Assembly (NCBI GenBank): GCA_902604785.1
Contig: CACLAC010000004.1
Span: forward strand, 1,526-65,525
Origin: an uncultured Pelagibacteraceae bacterium
Lineage (GTDB): Bacteria > Pseudomonadota > Alphaproteobacteria > Pelagibacterales > Pelagibacteraceae
Direction: 5' to 3'
Length of the DNA: 64,000 bases
In this document: in pieces, positions 19,970 to 29,069 of the stretch
Layout: every line of letters begins with the position of its first letter
How positions within the stretch are numbered: the stretch's first letter is position 1
Notes under the pieces: model-generated
What the model saw: the letters and a program-made list of their open reading frames with translations, nothing else
Told to the model about the DNA's origin: nothing
Databases searched by the model: none
Made by a program: the position numbers and the translations under genes

Positions 19970-21412
19970 CTAACCTTTAATACCCATGTGGGTATATTTC
20001 ACATTCAAATAATCTTTTATTGCATTTGAACCACCTTCCCTACCATATCCGCTTTGTTTAATTCCTCCAAAAGGTGCTTCAGCAATAGCAATAAAACCTG
20101 TATTTACCCCTACAGTTCCAGTTTCTAATTGTTCTGAGGCTAAATGGGCTCTTTCCATAGAATTGGTACAAACATAGCTACTTAATCCAAGTTCATGATT
20201 GTTAGCCCTTTCTATTACCTCGTCAAAAGATTTAAATGAAAGCATAGGTACTAATGGCCCAAAAGGTTCTTCTTTCATTATAGTAAAATCATCCTTAACA
20301 TCATCAAATACAGTTGGCTCATAGAAAAATCCTTTATTAAAACCTGCGGGTCTTTTTCCACCCAATAAAACCTTAGCTCCTTCTTTTTTTGTTTTCTCAA
20401 CTAAAGCTTCAACCTCATTCAATCTCTTTTGAGTTGTTAACGGCCCTAATTGTGTATCTGGATCCATACCATTACCAATTTTTAATTTTTTTGTTTTTTC
20501 TACAAATAAATTTACAAATTCATCTTTTTTACTTTCTTGAATATAGAATCTATTAGGAGATATACATACTTGTCCATTGTTTCTAAATTTTGCAGCAATA
20601 GCCATTTCAGTAGCTTTCTTTATATCTGCATCTTCGAAAACAATAAAAGGTGAATGGCCACTTAATTCCATTGTCACTCTCTGAACTTTATCTGCTGCTT
20701 GTTTTAAAATTAATTTCCCAACCCTTGATGATCCAGTTACAGATATTTTTTTAACTATATCTGAGGCAATTAATTGTTGAGCAATGCTAGGTGGATCGCC
20801 AGATAAAAGATTAACTACTCCTGGTGGTACTCCACAATCTTTACAGATATCTACTATTTCCATAACAACACCAGGTGTAATAACATCTGGTTTGATAATT
20901 ACTGAACAACCTGCAGCTAAAGCTGTAGAAATTTTTCTTGAAGATAAAACTGCTGGAAAATTCCATGGCGACAAAGCAGCAACGACACCTACTGGTTGGT
21001 AATAAACGTGAACTCTAGTATCCTCAAATCTACTTTCAATAGTTTGACCATAAATTCTTTTTGTTTCTTCTGCATTCCATTCAAAAATATCAGCAGCACC
21101 ATTTATTTCACCTTTAGCTTCTGCTAATGGTTTGCCAACTTCTAAGGTCATCCATTTTGCAAGAACATCTTGCTTCTCTCTCATTTTATCTGCAATACGT
21201 CTAATTATATAAGATCTCTGCCATGGTGGAGTTTTTTTCCATGCCTCCAAACCTTTTTGCGCAGACTTGAGTGCTCTATCAACATCTTTAGGGGTTGCTT
21301 TAGATGCATGTCCAATAATTTCCTCGTTGGCTGGATTAATTACTTCATATGTTGAATTGTCGGAAGATTTACACCATTTTCCATCAATAAATTGACCAAA
21401 TTTTTCGTACAT
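19970..21412 (-). CDS. NAD-dependent aldehyde dehydrogenase (SSADH / alpha-ketoglutaric semialdehyde dehydrogenase type I-like)
   Basis: PWNFP, TMELSGHSP, KFRNNGQVCISPNRF, EEPFGP and PFGGIKQSGYGREGG motifs. Confidence 0.88.
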   Translation of the reverse strand: MYEKFGQFIDGKWCKSSDNSTYEVINPANEEIIGHASKATPKDVDRALKSAQKGLEAWKKTPPWQRSYIIRRIADKMREKQDVLAKWMTLEVGKPLAEAKGEINGAADIFEWNAEETKRIYGQTIESRFEDTRVHVYYQPVGVVAALSPWNFPAVLSSRKISTALAAGCSVIIKPDVITPGVVMEIVDICKDCGVPPGVVNLLSGDPPSIAQQLIASDIVKKISVTGSSRVGKLILKQAADKVQRVTMELSGHSPFIVFEDADIKKATEMAIAAKFRNNGQVCISPNRFYIQESKKDEFVNLFVEKTKKLKIGNGMDPDTQLGPLTTQKRLNEVEALVEKTKKEGAKVLLGGKRPAGFNKGFFYEPTVFDDVKDDFTIMKEEPFGPLVPMLSFKSFDEVIERANNHELGLSSYVCTNSMERAHLASEQLETGTVGVNTGFIAIAEAPFGGIKQSGYGREGGSNAIKDYLNVKYTHMGIKG

Positions 21413-21463
21413 AATATTTAATTTAACATGACTATAAACTGTGTCTACTGCACAATTTACATA

Positions 21464-22303
21464 TTAATTAATTTTTTCATACAATTTTGGAAACATCTTA
21501 CCACCTAACTCATCACCATCTTTGTAACCTGCATCTTTCATTGCTTTTCTATAATTATAACTAGTCCAATCTCCTATGTAACTAATTTTTGCGTCTTCTT
21601 TAGCAACTCTCAAGGTATATCTGCTTAAAGTTTTTTTAGGTATTGAAGGGCTCAGAGCTCCATGAAGAGTTCTCATATCAAAAATAACACAATCTCCAGG
21701 TTCACAATCCCATTTCAAAAATTCATATTTTTCTTTATTACCCAGAATATCAGGAGGTAATTCATATTTTTTTCCGTTTATAAGGCATTCACTTCCTTCA
21801 ATCTTATGCCCATCTTTAAAAAGAACTCTTAAAAATAGCTTTTCCCATAAATGTGATCCTTTTACCCAAGCCACACCTTCATCTTTTCTTGTTGGTTGTA
21901 GCGGCAACCAAAGAACACACATGGTTCCTTCAATATCAAAATAACTAATATCGTGATGAAAAGGAGTTGAAGATTTTGATCCTGCCTCTCTTAGAAACCA
22001 ATTATCCATTACAAGATTTATTTTTTTTGCAGACATTAATTCTGAAGCAATCTCAGCATATGGAGATTTATAAACAAAATCTTTGAATTCAGGAACTATA
22101 TCCCAAGTCCAGTAATCTTCTAAATAAGCAGGAACATTAGGTTTTGTTGTGTGTGATTTAAATCTAGGACTTGGATTTTTTATATCTCTTTCAATGCCTT
22201 TTTTTAATTTTTCTATCCATTTAATATCAAATTTGTTTTTTAAAAAAACAGCACCATCTTTATTGAATTTCTCTATTTCTGATTTAGAAATAAGTTTACT
22301 CAT
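21464..22303 (-). CDS. PhyH-family Fe(II)/2OG dioxygenase
   Basis: TPFHHD (HxD), VKGSHLW and PGDCVIFDMRTLHGA motifs. Confidence 0.87.
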   Translation of the reverse strand: MSKLISKSEIEKFNKDGAVFLKNKFDIKWIEKLKKGIERDIKNPSPRFKSHTTKPNVPAYLEDYWTWDIVPEFKDFVYKSPYAEIASELMSAKKINLVMDNWFLREAGSKSSTPFHHDISYFDIEGTMCVLWLPLQPTRKDEGVAWVKGSHLWEKLFLRVLFKDGHKIEGSECLINGKKYELPPDILGNKEKYEFLKWDCEPGDCVIFDMRTLHGALSPSIPKKTLSRYTLRVAKEDAKISYIGDWTSYNYRKAMKDAGYKDGDELGGKMFPKLYEKIN

Positions 22304-22311
22304 AATAATAT

Positions 22312-23205
22312 TTATTGAGTAACAATATCATTTTTGCTTGATTTTTTTACTAAATAAATTCCAATTATGACTGCAATTAATGCTATAAGTACTTTTGGTG
22401 TAATTAGTTCTTTTAAAAATACATATCCTAAAATCACCCCAAAAATTGGTATTAAATAAGCTACTTGAGCTTGAAAAACTAATCCATTGTTTATTAAAAT
22501 TTTAAATCTAAGTAACCAGGCAAAGCCTGTAGCAACTACTCCAAGATAAATAACCGATATAGTTGACTCGGTACTTGGGTTTAAATTCCATGGCTGTTCT
22601 GTATAAACTGTAACAGGAATTAAAAAAATAGTTGCCCATATTAATATGGAAGCTGTAACATTTTCATTCTTTTTTTTACTTAATTTTATAGTTAGCAATC
22701 CTCCGATAACATAAAATGTTGATCCAACTAATATCAAAAACGCTGAAAAAATATTAGTTTCATTAATTAAAACATTGTCAGAAAATAAAAAAACAATTCC
22801 TGAAAATCCAACCATAACTCCTAATACTTTTATAAAATTTATTTTTTCATTATCTGTAAAAAGGTGGGCTAATAAAGTTGCACTCAATGGTGTACTTGCC
22901 ATTAAAATAGCGGCAAGATTACTTTGAACTTTTTGAACTCCATAAGCTATTAAAAAAAAAGGTATAACTAAATTTATTAAACCAATTGAAGCAAACCTAT
23001 ACCAATCTTTAGAAAATGCTTCGATTTTTATTCCTTTAAAAAAACATAAAGCAATTACTGGTATAGCTCCGAAAAAAATTCTTAAAAAAGCAATTGTAAA
23101 TGGTCCATAAGAGTAAGTTGCTATTTTAATATTAAAAAATGCTGATGCCCATATCAAAGATAAAACAGTTAAAAGAAAATAATCTATTAATTTTGGTTCT
23201 CTCAT
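22312..23205 (-). CDS. DMT/EamA family transporter
   Basis: LIWASAF, PFFLIAYG and YLIPIFGVILG..FLKE motifs. Confidence 0.9.
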   Translation of the reverse strand: MREPKLIDYFLLTVLSLIWASAFFNIKIATYSYGPFTIAFLRIFFGAIPVIALCFFKGIKIEAFSKDWYRFASIGLINLVIPFFLIAYGVQKVQSNLAAILMASTPLSATLLAHLFTDNEKINFIKVLGVMVGFSGIVFLFSDNVLINETNIFSAFLILVGSTFYVIGGLLTIKLSKKKNENVTASILIWATIFLIPVTVYTEQPWNLNPSTESTISVIYLGVVATGFAWLLRFKILINNGLVFQAQVAYLIPIFGVILGYVFLKELITPKVLIALIAVIIGIYLVKKSSKNDIVTQ

Positions 23206-23685
23206 TTATACTATGTTCTCTTCTTTTCCATCAGTAAGATTAAGTAATTGCTTATAAGTTATTTTAAATATTGAATGCGGATGTCCAGCAGCAGCATAAA
23301 TATTTTCAAATCTGGATAAAGATTTATCAACTAATATATTAATTTTTTCTATATGACCGATAGGTGAAACGCCTCCAATTGAAAATCCTGTTTGTTCTTT
23401 TACTTGATCAGCATTAGCCATTGAAACATCTTTGTTGTTTATTATTTTTTTAACCTTATTTAGTGAGCAACGTTTGTCTCCAGATACTAAACATAAAATA
23501 AAATCTTTGTCAGTCCTCAATAATAAACTTTTTACTATTGCACCCACTTCACAATTTAAAGATAAAGCGGCATCGTTTGCTGTTCTTGCGGTATCATCTA
23601 AAATTTCTACCTTCAGATCTTTATCGAATTCATTAAGAATTTTTTTAACTCTTTGAACTGCTTCTTTTTCTAGTATATTTTCCAT
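23206..23685 (-). CDS. YbaK/EbsC aminoacyl-tRNA editing family protein
   Basis: IVKSL, TGFSIGGVSPIG and AAAG motifs. Confidence 0.92.
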   Translation of the reverse strand: MENILEKEAVQRVKKILNEFDKDLKVEILDDTARTANDAALSLNCEVGAIVKSLLLRTDKDFILCLVSGDKRCSLNKVKKIINNKDVSMANADQVKEQTGFSIGGVSPIGHIEKINILVDKSLSRFENIYAAAGHPHSIFKITYKQLLNLTDGKEENIV

Positions 23686-23838
23686 TCAACTAATAATTGT
23701 AATAAATTGTGAATTGATAATTTCACATCAATTCTTATTTATATATGTAAGAAATGCATAGGTGATATATCAATAATAAACAATATTAATCTATAATTTT
23801 TTGGTATTAAATAAATAGACAAAATTTGAAAAAAAAAT

Positions 23839-25245
23839 ATGAGCTCTAAAAATATATTAAAATTGATGAAAGACAAAGAAATTGAGTTTGTTGACTTAAG
23901 GTTTACTGATCCAAAAGGAAAATTACAACATCTAACAATGGATTCGACAGCAGTAGACGAAGGTATGCTAAATGATGGTGTATTTTTTGATGGCTCATCT
24001 ATTGCTGGCTGGAAAGCTATTAATGAGTCTGACATGATATTAAAACCAGATCTTAATAGAAAAATCGTTGATCCATTTACTTCTCATAATACTTTAGTTC
24101 TTTTTTGCGATATTTTAGATGCTGTAAATAAAAATCCTTACGAGAGAGACCCAAGAGGAATAGCAAAAAAAGCTGAATCTTATTTAAAAAAAACGGGTAT
24201 AGGTGATAAAGCTTATTTCGGTCCAGAACCTGAATTTTTTGTTTTTGATGATGTAAGAATTAAAAACGATATGAATGAAACTGGATTTGTAATTGATAGT
24301 GCTGAAGGTCCTTATAATTCTGGAAAAAAATATGATAATGGAAACATGGGTCATAGACCTGGAATTAAAGGTGGATATTTCCCAGTGCCTCCAGTTGATA
24401 GTGCTCAAGATATGAGAGGAGAATACTTAAAAGGTTTAAGAGATGTTGGAATTACTGTAGAAAAACACCATCATGAAGTCGCACCGAGTCAACACGAATT
24501 AGGAATGTTATTTGGAACGCTTGTAGATCAAGCAGATAATGTTCAACTATATAAATATGTTGTTCAAATGGTATCACACTCTTTTGGAAAAACTGCAACC
24601 TTTATGCCTAAACCAGTTAAAGGAGATAACGGATCAGGAATGCATATTCATCAATCTGTATGGAAAGGAAAAACACCGTTATTTTCAGGAAACAAATATG
24701 CGGGTTTATCTCAAACTGCTTTGTATTATATTGGGGGAATCTTAAAACATGCTAAAGCTATAAATGCATTTTCAAATGCTACGACAAATAGTTATAAAAG
24801 ATTAATTCCAGGTTTTGAAGCACCTGTTTTATTAGCTTATTCTGCAAGAAATAGATCTGCTTCATGCAGAATACCAGTTACGTTAAGCAAGAAAGGTGCG
24901 AGATGCGAAATTAGATTCCCAGATGCTGCTGGTAATCCATATTTAACATTCGCAGCAATGTTGATGGCTGGCTTAGATGGTATAAAAAATAAAATAGATC
25001 CAGGTAAATCATTCGATAAAGATTTGTATACACTTTCTGAAAAAGAAATTAAAAATATTCCAACTGTTTGTGGCTCCTTAAGAGAAGCGATGGAAAGTTT
25101 AGATACAGATAGAAAATTTTTAAAACAAGGTAACGTTTTTACTGATGATCAGATTGATGCTTATATAGCATTAAAATTTGAAGAAATTTATAATCTTGAA
25201 CATACTCCTCATCCTATTGAGTTTGATATGTACTATAGCTGTTAA
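23839..25245 (+). CDS. glnA: Glutamine synthetase type I
   Basis: FDGSSI, GPEPEFF, HHHEVA, TFMPKP..GDNGSGMH, NSYKRL.PGFEAP and DLY adenylylation-site motifs. Confidence 0.99.
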   Translation: MSSKNILKLMKDKEIEFVDLRFTDPKGKLQHLTMDSTAVDEGMLNDGVFFDGSSIAGWKAINESDMILKPDLNRKIVDPFTSHNTLVLFCDILDAVNKNPYERDPRGIAKKAESYLKKTGIGDKAYFGPEPEFFVFDDVRIKNDMNETGFVIDSAEGPYNSGKKYDNGNMGHRPGIKGGYFPVPPVDSAQDMRGEYLKGLRDVGITVEKHHHEVAPSQHELGMLFGTLVDQADNVQLYKYVVQMVSHSFGKTATFMPKPVKGDNGSGMHIHQSVWKGKTPLFSGNKYAGLSQTALYYIGGILKHAKAINAFSNATTNSYKRLIPGFEAPVLLAYSARNRSASCRIPVTLSKKGARCEIRFPDAAGNPYLTFAAMLMAGLDGIKNKIDPGKSFDKDLYTLSEKEIKNIPTVCGSLREAMESLDTDRKFLKQGNVFTDDQIDAYIALKFEEIYNLEHTPHPIEFDMYYSC

Positions 25246-25261
25246 AATATTTCTGGATTAA

Positions 25262-25450
25262 TTACTTTTTATTTTTTATAAGCTGGCTGTCTGCAATTTT
25301 TTTTTTATTTACACCTTCTTTAATTGTATATTCTAAAGTTCCATTGGCACCTGCATTAACTGCTTTTCTTTGAGACCTAAATAAAATTTTTTCTTTACTT
25401 GATTGAGCTAATTTTTCTGAATTAGATTGTAAATGTTTCGTATCTCTCAT
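25262..25450 (-). CDS. Small basic hypothetical protein (62 aa)
   Basis: ATG-started ORF filling the glnA-sufA gap; GANGT core; own upstream motif. Confidence 0.65.
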   Translation of the reverse strand: MRDTKHLQSNSEKLAQSSKEKILFRSQRKAVNAGANGTLEYTIKEGVNKKKIADSQLIKNKK

Positions 25451-25510
25451 GAATCAGTATTTATCATAGTTATGCATTTTATGCAATTCTGATATGCATT
25501 TAATATAAAA

Positions 25511-25846
25511 CTATACTTTAAAAGACTCACCACAACCACAACGTTCTGTTTCATTGGGATTTTTGAATGTAAATGAAGAAGAAAAATCATCTTTTTTGTA
25601 GTCCATTTCTGTTCCTAGTAAATACATTACCGCCGCAGAATCTATAAATACTTTTACGCCCTTATCTTCTATTACTTCATCATTAGGATTGGTTTTTTCA
25701 GTATATTCCATCACATAAGACATTCCAGCACAACCACCTGATTTAACACCAATTCTAACTCCTAAAGAATTTTTTTCTGCAGCAGACATAATTTCTTTAA
25801 TTCTTTTTGCAGCATTTTCACTTAATGAAATAATTTGTTTTGTCAT
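25511..25846 (-). CDS. sufA: A-type Fe-S carrier (HesB/IscA/SufA)
   Basis: GGCAGMSY and NPN...CGCGESF motifs. Confidence 0.95.
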   Translation of the reverse strand: MTKQIISLSENAAKRIKEIMSAAEKNSLGVRIGVKSGGCAGMSYVMEYTEKTNPNDEVIEDKGVKVFIDSAAVMYLLGTEMDYKKDDFSSSFTFKNPNETERCGCGESFKV

Positions 25847-26139
25847 AAATTTAATTCTAATTTTGCAGCCTCTGTCATCATAGATTTATCCCATGGTGGT
25901 TCCCAGACTAAATCAAGGTCGACTTTTTTAACTTCCTCTATCTCTAATATACTATCTTTAACTTCTTTAGGCAAACTTTCGGCTACTGGACAATTTGGTG
26001 ATGTTAATGTCATTTTAACACTAACATCTTTGTCTTTAATTGAAATATCATAAATTAATCCTAACTCATAAATATTTACTGGAATTTCAGGATCATAAAT
26101 TTTTTTTATTTCAGCTATTACTTTTTCTTTTAAATCCAT
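25843..26139 (-). CDS. sufT: DUF59/SufT Fe-S assembly protein
   Basis: DPEIPVNIYELGLIY, MTLTSPNCP and PPW motifs; likely start MDLKEK at 26139. Confidence 0.92.
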   Translation of the reverse strand: MDLKEKVIAEIKKIYDPEIPVNIYELGLIYDISIKDKDVSVKMTLTSPNCPVAESLPKEVKDSILEIEEVKKVDLDLVWEPPWDKSMMTEAAKLELNL

Positions 26140-26140
26140 T

Positions 26141-26608
26141 TTAATTGCTCTCATTATTAATTTCTTCTTGCGAATTATTTATTGCTGATGTTAATGTATG
26201 CCAAGACAAAGTTGCACACTTAACTCTCATAGGATATTGTTTTACTCCAGATAAACACATTAACTTTGTTTTGTCATCTTTATGTAAAATATTGTTACTT
26301 AGTTCATCTTTTTCTTTAATCATATCTAAAAAATCACTCACAATTTCTTTTACTTCATGTTCTTCTTTTCCTTTAACTAAATCAGTCATTATTGATGCAG
26401 ATGCCATTGAAATTGCGCAACCTTGTCCTTCAAAAGAAATATCCTCTATTTTTTTATTTTCATTAAGCTTTAAATAAATATGAACTTTATCTCCACATAA
26501 TGGATTATGTCCTTTTGCATCTTTATTAAAATTTTCAGTTCTTCTTAGATTTCTTGGATTCTTTCCATGATCTAAAATAATTTCTTGATACAATTCTTTT
26601 AAGTTCAT
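26141..26608 (-). CDS. sufU: SufU (NifU-family) sulfur-transfer/scaffold protein
   Basis: LYQEIILDH, NPLCGD, GCAIS.AS and RVKCATL motifs. Confidence 0.93.
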   Translation of the reverse strand: MNLKELYQEIILDHGKNPRNLRRTENFNKDAKGHNPLCGDKVHIYLKLNENKKIEDISFEGQGCAISMASASIMTDLVKGKEEHEVKEIVSDFLDMIKEKDELSNNILHKDDKTKLMCLSGVKQYPMRVKCATLSWHTLTSAINNSQEEINNESN

Positions 26609-27825
26609 TTTAAATTAAAAATTTTTTTACATTTATTTAAAGATTCATTTAATAGATCAATGTCATCTTTGGTATTATAGACACCAAAAGAAGCTCTTGC
26701 AGAAGCAGATAATCCTAATTTCTCGTGAAGTATTTGACAACAATGATGTCCGGCCCTAATAGCTACTCCATCCTCATCTAAGATTGTTGCGATATCATGT
26801 GGATGAATACCTTCAACTGTAAAAGATATAACTCCACCTTTCTTGGCTGGATTGCCAATAATATTAATTGAATTATTCTTTCTCAAAACCTCTATTGCAT
26901 AATTTAGCAATTCCTTTTCGTGTTTTTCAATATTTTCAATTCCAATTCTTTCTAAAAATTTAATAGATTCATTAAAAGCTATAACTTGTGCTGTAGCCAT
27001 TGTGCCTGCCTCATATTTATTTGGTAACTCTCCATAAGAAATCCCGTTTTTTTTAACTTCACCGATCATACCTCCTCCACCTTGATATGGAGGTAAATCT
27101 TCTAACCACTTCTTTTTAGCATATAGAATACCAATACCGGTAGGACCATACATTTTGTGTCCTGAAATTGCGTAAAAATCACAATCTAAATCTTGCATAT
27201 CTAATTTTAAGTGAGGTGCACCTTGGCAACCATCAACTAAAACTGGTATTCCTTTTGAATGAGCCAGAGATACTATTTCTTTAACTGGCAATATCGCACC
27301 AGTAACATTGGATAAATGTGTTATTGCAATAATTTTTGTTTTATTTGTAATTTTTTTTTCAATACTTTCTAAAGTTACCTCACCATCATTGTTTACTTCT
27401 GCAAATTCTACTTTTATTTTTTTTGATTTTCTTAAAAAATGCCAAGGAACATAATTTGAGTGATGTTCAAGTTCAGTTATTAAAACTTCATCTCCTTCAT
27501 TTAAATGTTTCTGACCAAAAGTATTAGCAACTAAATTTATTGCTTCAGTAGCACCCTTCGTAAAAACTATTTCATTTTTATCTTTAGCATTAATATATTT
27601 TTGAACTGATGATCTAGTATTTTCATATAAATTAGTTGCAGCTACAGCTAAATAATGCACACTTCTACCTACATTAGAAAACTCTTTAGTATAAAAATCA
27701 TACACTCTATCAATTACAGCTTTTGGTTTTTGTGCAGAATTAGCGCTATCTAAATAAACTAGATCATTATTTTGTACTTTATTGCTAAAAATTGGAAATT
27801 CTTTTTTTATTTCACTAATGTTCAT
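26605..27825 (-). CDS. sufS: Cysteine desulfurase SufS
   Basis: YLDSA..QKP, EHHSN, SGHKMYGPTG and RAGHHC motifs. Confidence 0.97.
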   Translation of the reverse strand: MNISEIKKEFPIFSNKVQNNDLVYLDSANSAQKPKAVIDRVYDFYTKEFSNVGRSVHYLAVAATNLYENTRSSVQKYINAKDKNEIVFTKGATEAINLVANTFGQKHLNEGDEVLITELEHHSNYVPWHFLRKSKKIKVEFAEVNNDGEVTLESIEKKITNKTKIIAITHLSNVTGAILPVKEIVSLAHSKGIPVLVDGCQGAPHLKLDMQDLDCDFYAISGHKMYGPTGIGILYAKKKWLEDLPPYQGGGGMIGEVKKNGISYGELPNKYEAGTMATAQVIAFNESIKFLERIGIENIEKHEKELLNYAIEVLRKNNSINIIGNPAKKGGVISFTVEGIHPHDIATILDEDGVAIRAGHHCCQILHEKLGLSASARASFGVYNTKDDIDLLNESLNKCKKIFNLK

Positions 27826-29069
27826 TCTTTAACTCCAATTAAACTTTTAACTAAATTTCTTATTTCAGAGTCGGTTATTTTTTCAATAACATCCAACAAA
27901 AATCCATTTATCAAAAGTTCTTTTGCTTGTTTATAATTAAGTCCTCTTGACATTAAATAAAATATTGATTCTTGATTTAAATTACCAGATGCTGATCCAT
28001 GCGAACATTTTACATCATCAGCATAAATTTCTAATTCTGGTTTAGCATTAAATTCTGCATTTTCACTTAAAAGTATTGCCTTGCTTAACTGATATCCATC
28101 AGTTTTTTGTGCATCAGAATTTACATATATTTTTCCTTGGTATACAGATTTTGAGTCATTTTCTAATACACTTTTTATTAATTGATAACTTTTTGTGTTA
28201 TCTATCAAATGATTAATAGATGTTCTTATTTCATGATGACGTTTTTCATTTAAAGAAAAAATTCCATTTATAAAAGCAGATGAATATTTACCATTTAAAT
28301 TGCAGTTAATTTCATTTTTAATAAAATTTGAGCCTGAAGATAATATGAATGTTTCTGATACACTATTTATATCTTGGTCAATATTATTGAAAGAATATTT
28401 AATATTATTACTAGTTTTTTGATCAATTTTATAATTTTTTAAAATTGAATCTTGGTTTAACTCAAAGTTGTATAATATATTTATAAAATTTTTTTCTGAT
28501 AAATCGTTAGATATATCAATTATTTTTAAACAACTATTTTTTTTCAACAAAAAATCTAATCTTAAATTGATATTTTTACGATGTAAACTTTCTTTAGTTG
28601 TATGATAGATAACTAGCGGCTTTTTTAAAGCGTAATTCTCTTTAATGACAATTTTGTAGTACTTATTCGTAAAGGCATTATTAAGATCTACTAAAGAATT
28701 TTCAAAATTAGATTTGTCATTTAACTCAAGTACATCTTTGATCTCAATTTTATTTTCATCCTCATAATTAAATTCAATTTTTTCAATTCTACCATTTATA
28801 AATACTATTTTATTATGCTCTAACCCATTAACAAAAATAGACGGATCAATTTTATTTGGAAGTGAGTAATCATTATAAAAATTTAGGTCACCAATATGTT
28901 TTTTTATAATTTGACTAATATCTGAGAATTTCCAATTCTCTAATTTTCTACTTGGAAAACCTTTTTTTATAAATTCATTTAAGTAAATTTTTTTTATATC
29001 TATATCTTTTTTTGAAAAACCTGATGTTTTTACTATTTTTTCAAAATCATTTTTTAATTGATTTTCCAT
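27822..29069 (-). CDS. sufD: SufD
   Basis: ENWKFSD, KPELEIYADDVKCSHG and FYLMSRG motifs. Confidence 0.93.
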   Translation of the reverse strand: MENQLKNDFEKIVKTSGFSKKDIDIKKIYLNEFIKKGFPSRKLENWKFSDISQIIKKHIGDLNFYNDYSLPNKIDPSIFVNGLEHNKIVFINGRIEKIEFNYEDENKIEIKDVLELNDKSNFENSLVDLNNAFTNKYYKIVIKENYALKKPLVIYHTTKESLHRKNINLRLDFLLKKNSCLKIIDISNDLSEKNFINILYNFELNQDSILKNYKIDQKTSNNIKYSFNNIDQDINSVSETFILSSGSNFIKNEINCNLNGKYSSAFINGIFSLNEKRHHEIRTSINHLIDNTKSYQLIKSVLENDSKSVYQGKIYVNSDAQKTDGYQLSKAILLSENAEFNAKPELEIYADDVKCSHGSASGNLNQESIFYLMSRGLNYKQAKELLINGFLLDVIEKITDSEIRNLVKSLIGVKE

